Source: Octopus sinensis
Taxonomy: Eukaryota
Direction of reading: 5' to 3'
Assembly: GCF_006345805.1 (NCBI RefSeq)
Contig: NC_042997.1
Coordinates: forward strand, 23,312,001 to 23,376,000
DNA length: 64,000 bases
A model generated the notes under the pieces. The model saw nothing but the letters and a program-made list of their open reading frames with translations, did no database searches and was not told the DNA's origin. Positions 63,391 through 64,000 of this stretch are shown piece by piece. Within the stretch, counting starts at the first letter, position 1. Every line of letters starts with the position of its first letter. Made by a program: the position numbers and the translations under genes.

Positions 63391-63552
63391 AAGAGAGGAA
63401 AACTTATCTGTAAGATTCATTAAAAAGATAATAGTTTTTGTAAACTAAGATGAAAAACATTATTTTCTGAAGCCAATTTTGTTTCATAGTACAATGGAAA
63501 ATAAAATAGTATACAACTTAATTCCAGTACATAACAGGTTTGGAAAACTTAC

Positions 63553-63614
63553 CATGACACAAGAGGTCTGAATAACCAAAGATTGGACAGAAACATACGA
63601 GGTAGGAAAGGCAA
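63553..63614 (-). CDS. PM20D1: PM20D1-like paralog B, 62-nt exon (homolog of A exon 7); upstream exons lie beyond the right edge
   Basis: AACAG / GTAAGT boundaries. Encodes LPFLPRMFLSNLWLFRPLVS(W). Confidence 0.93.
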
Positions 63615-64000
63615 CTGTTCAAAATGAAATTAAAATAAAGTGACAAAATTACATTAATCTTAATACATTCAATCACTAAATTTCACTGGGTTTATCTGTC
63701 TTTTTATCAATACAGATTTATTTATTTTTATCCTTTTGTCATGAGAGATCTTTTCCATAGCCTCTAAGAATGGTGGCAGGGAGGGAGAGAGGAAGGTATC
63801 ATCAAACCATAGAACTGGCCTGAATGTTTGCATGAGGGTGGATTCTGCTAAAGGTAACCAAAGGTCAGGTAGTGGTATTAAACAGGAAGACAGATTAAGT
63901 TTATCACCTATTTACACTGGAACAGAAATTGTATGCCTAAAACCAATGTTTATTATTTTTAATTGGAAGAAAATTAGTCATCACTGAATAGTAGACAAAT

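Noticed and set aside
156-63614. A single circularly permuted or trans-spliced PM20D1 gene
   Set aside because: The 62-nt exon occurs twice with different sequence, so ordinary tandem duplication explains the exon order.

Overview
AT-rich, repeat-dense animal genomic DNA. The SINE, RTE and Helitron families and the microsatellite style point to a coleoid cephalopod, probably Octopus (inference). The only host protein-coding content found is two tandem, same-orientation (minus-strand) paralogs of PM20D1 (M20 metallo-amidohydrolase, N-fatty-acyl amino acid synthase/hydrolase). Copy B contributes its last 5 coding exons (63614->35319, C-terminus HAEL). Copy A contributes its first 7 coding exons (25922->156) and runs off the left edge. 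The one exon present in both copies (62 nt) and its flanking intron recur 63,397 bp apart. All splice junctions are GT-AG and in phase, and the A and B exons sum to a 505-aa virtual protein. The rest is transposon-derived: a near-full-length GC-rich RTE LINE, many truncated RTE ends, three Penelope-like elements (two with hammerhead-type motifs, one amplified as a 6 x 383 bp array), tRNA-derived SINEs, non-autonomous Helitrons, a DINE/Helentron-like element, Tc1/mariner, Tigger, Gypsy and HERO-like fragments, and a dense set of long foldback (palindromic) elements. All coordinates and identities were read by eye; no database searches were run.
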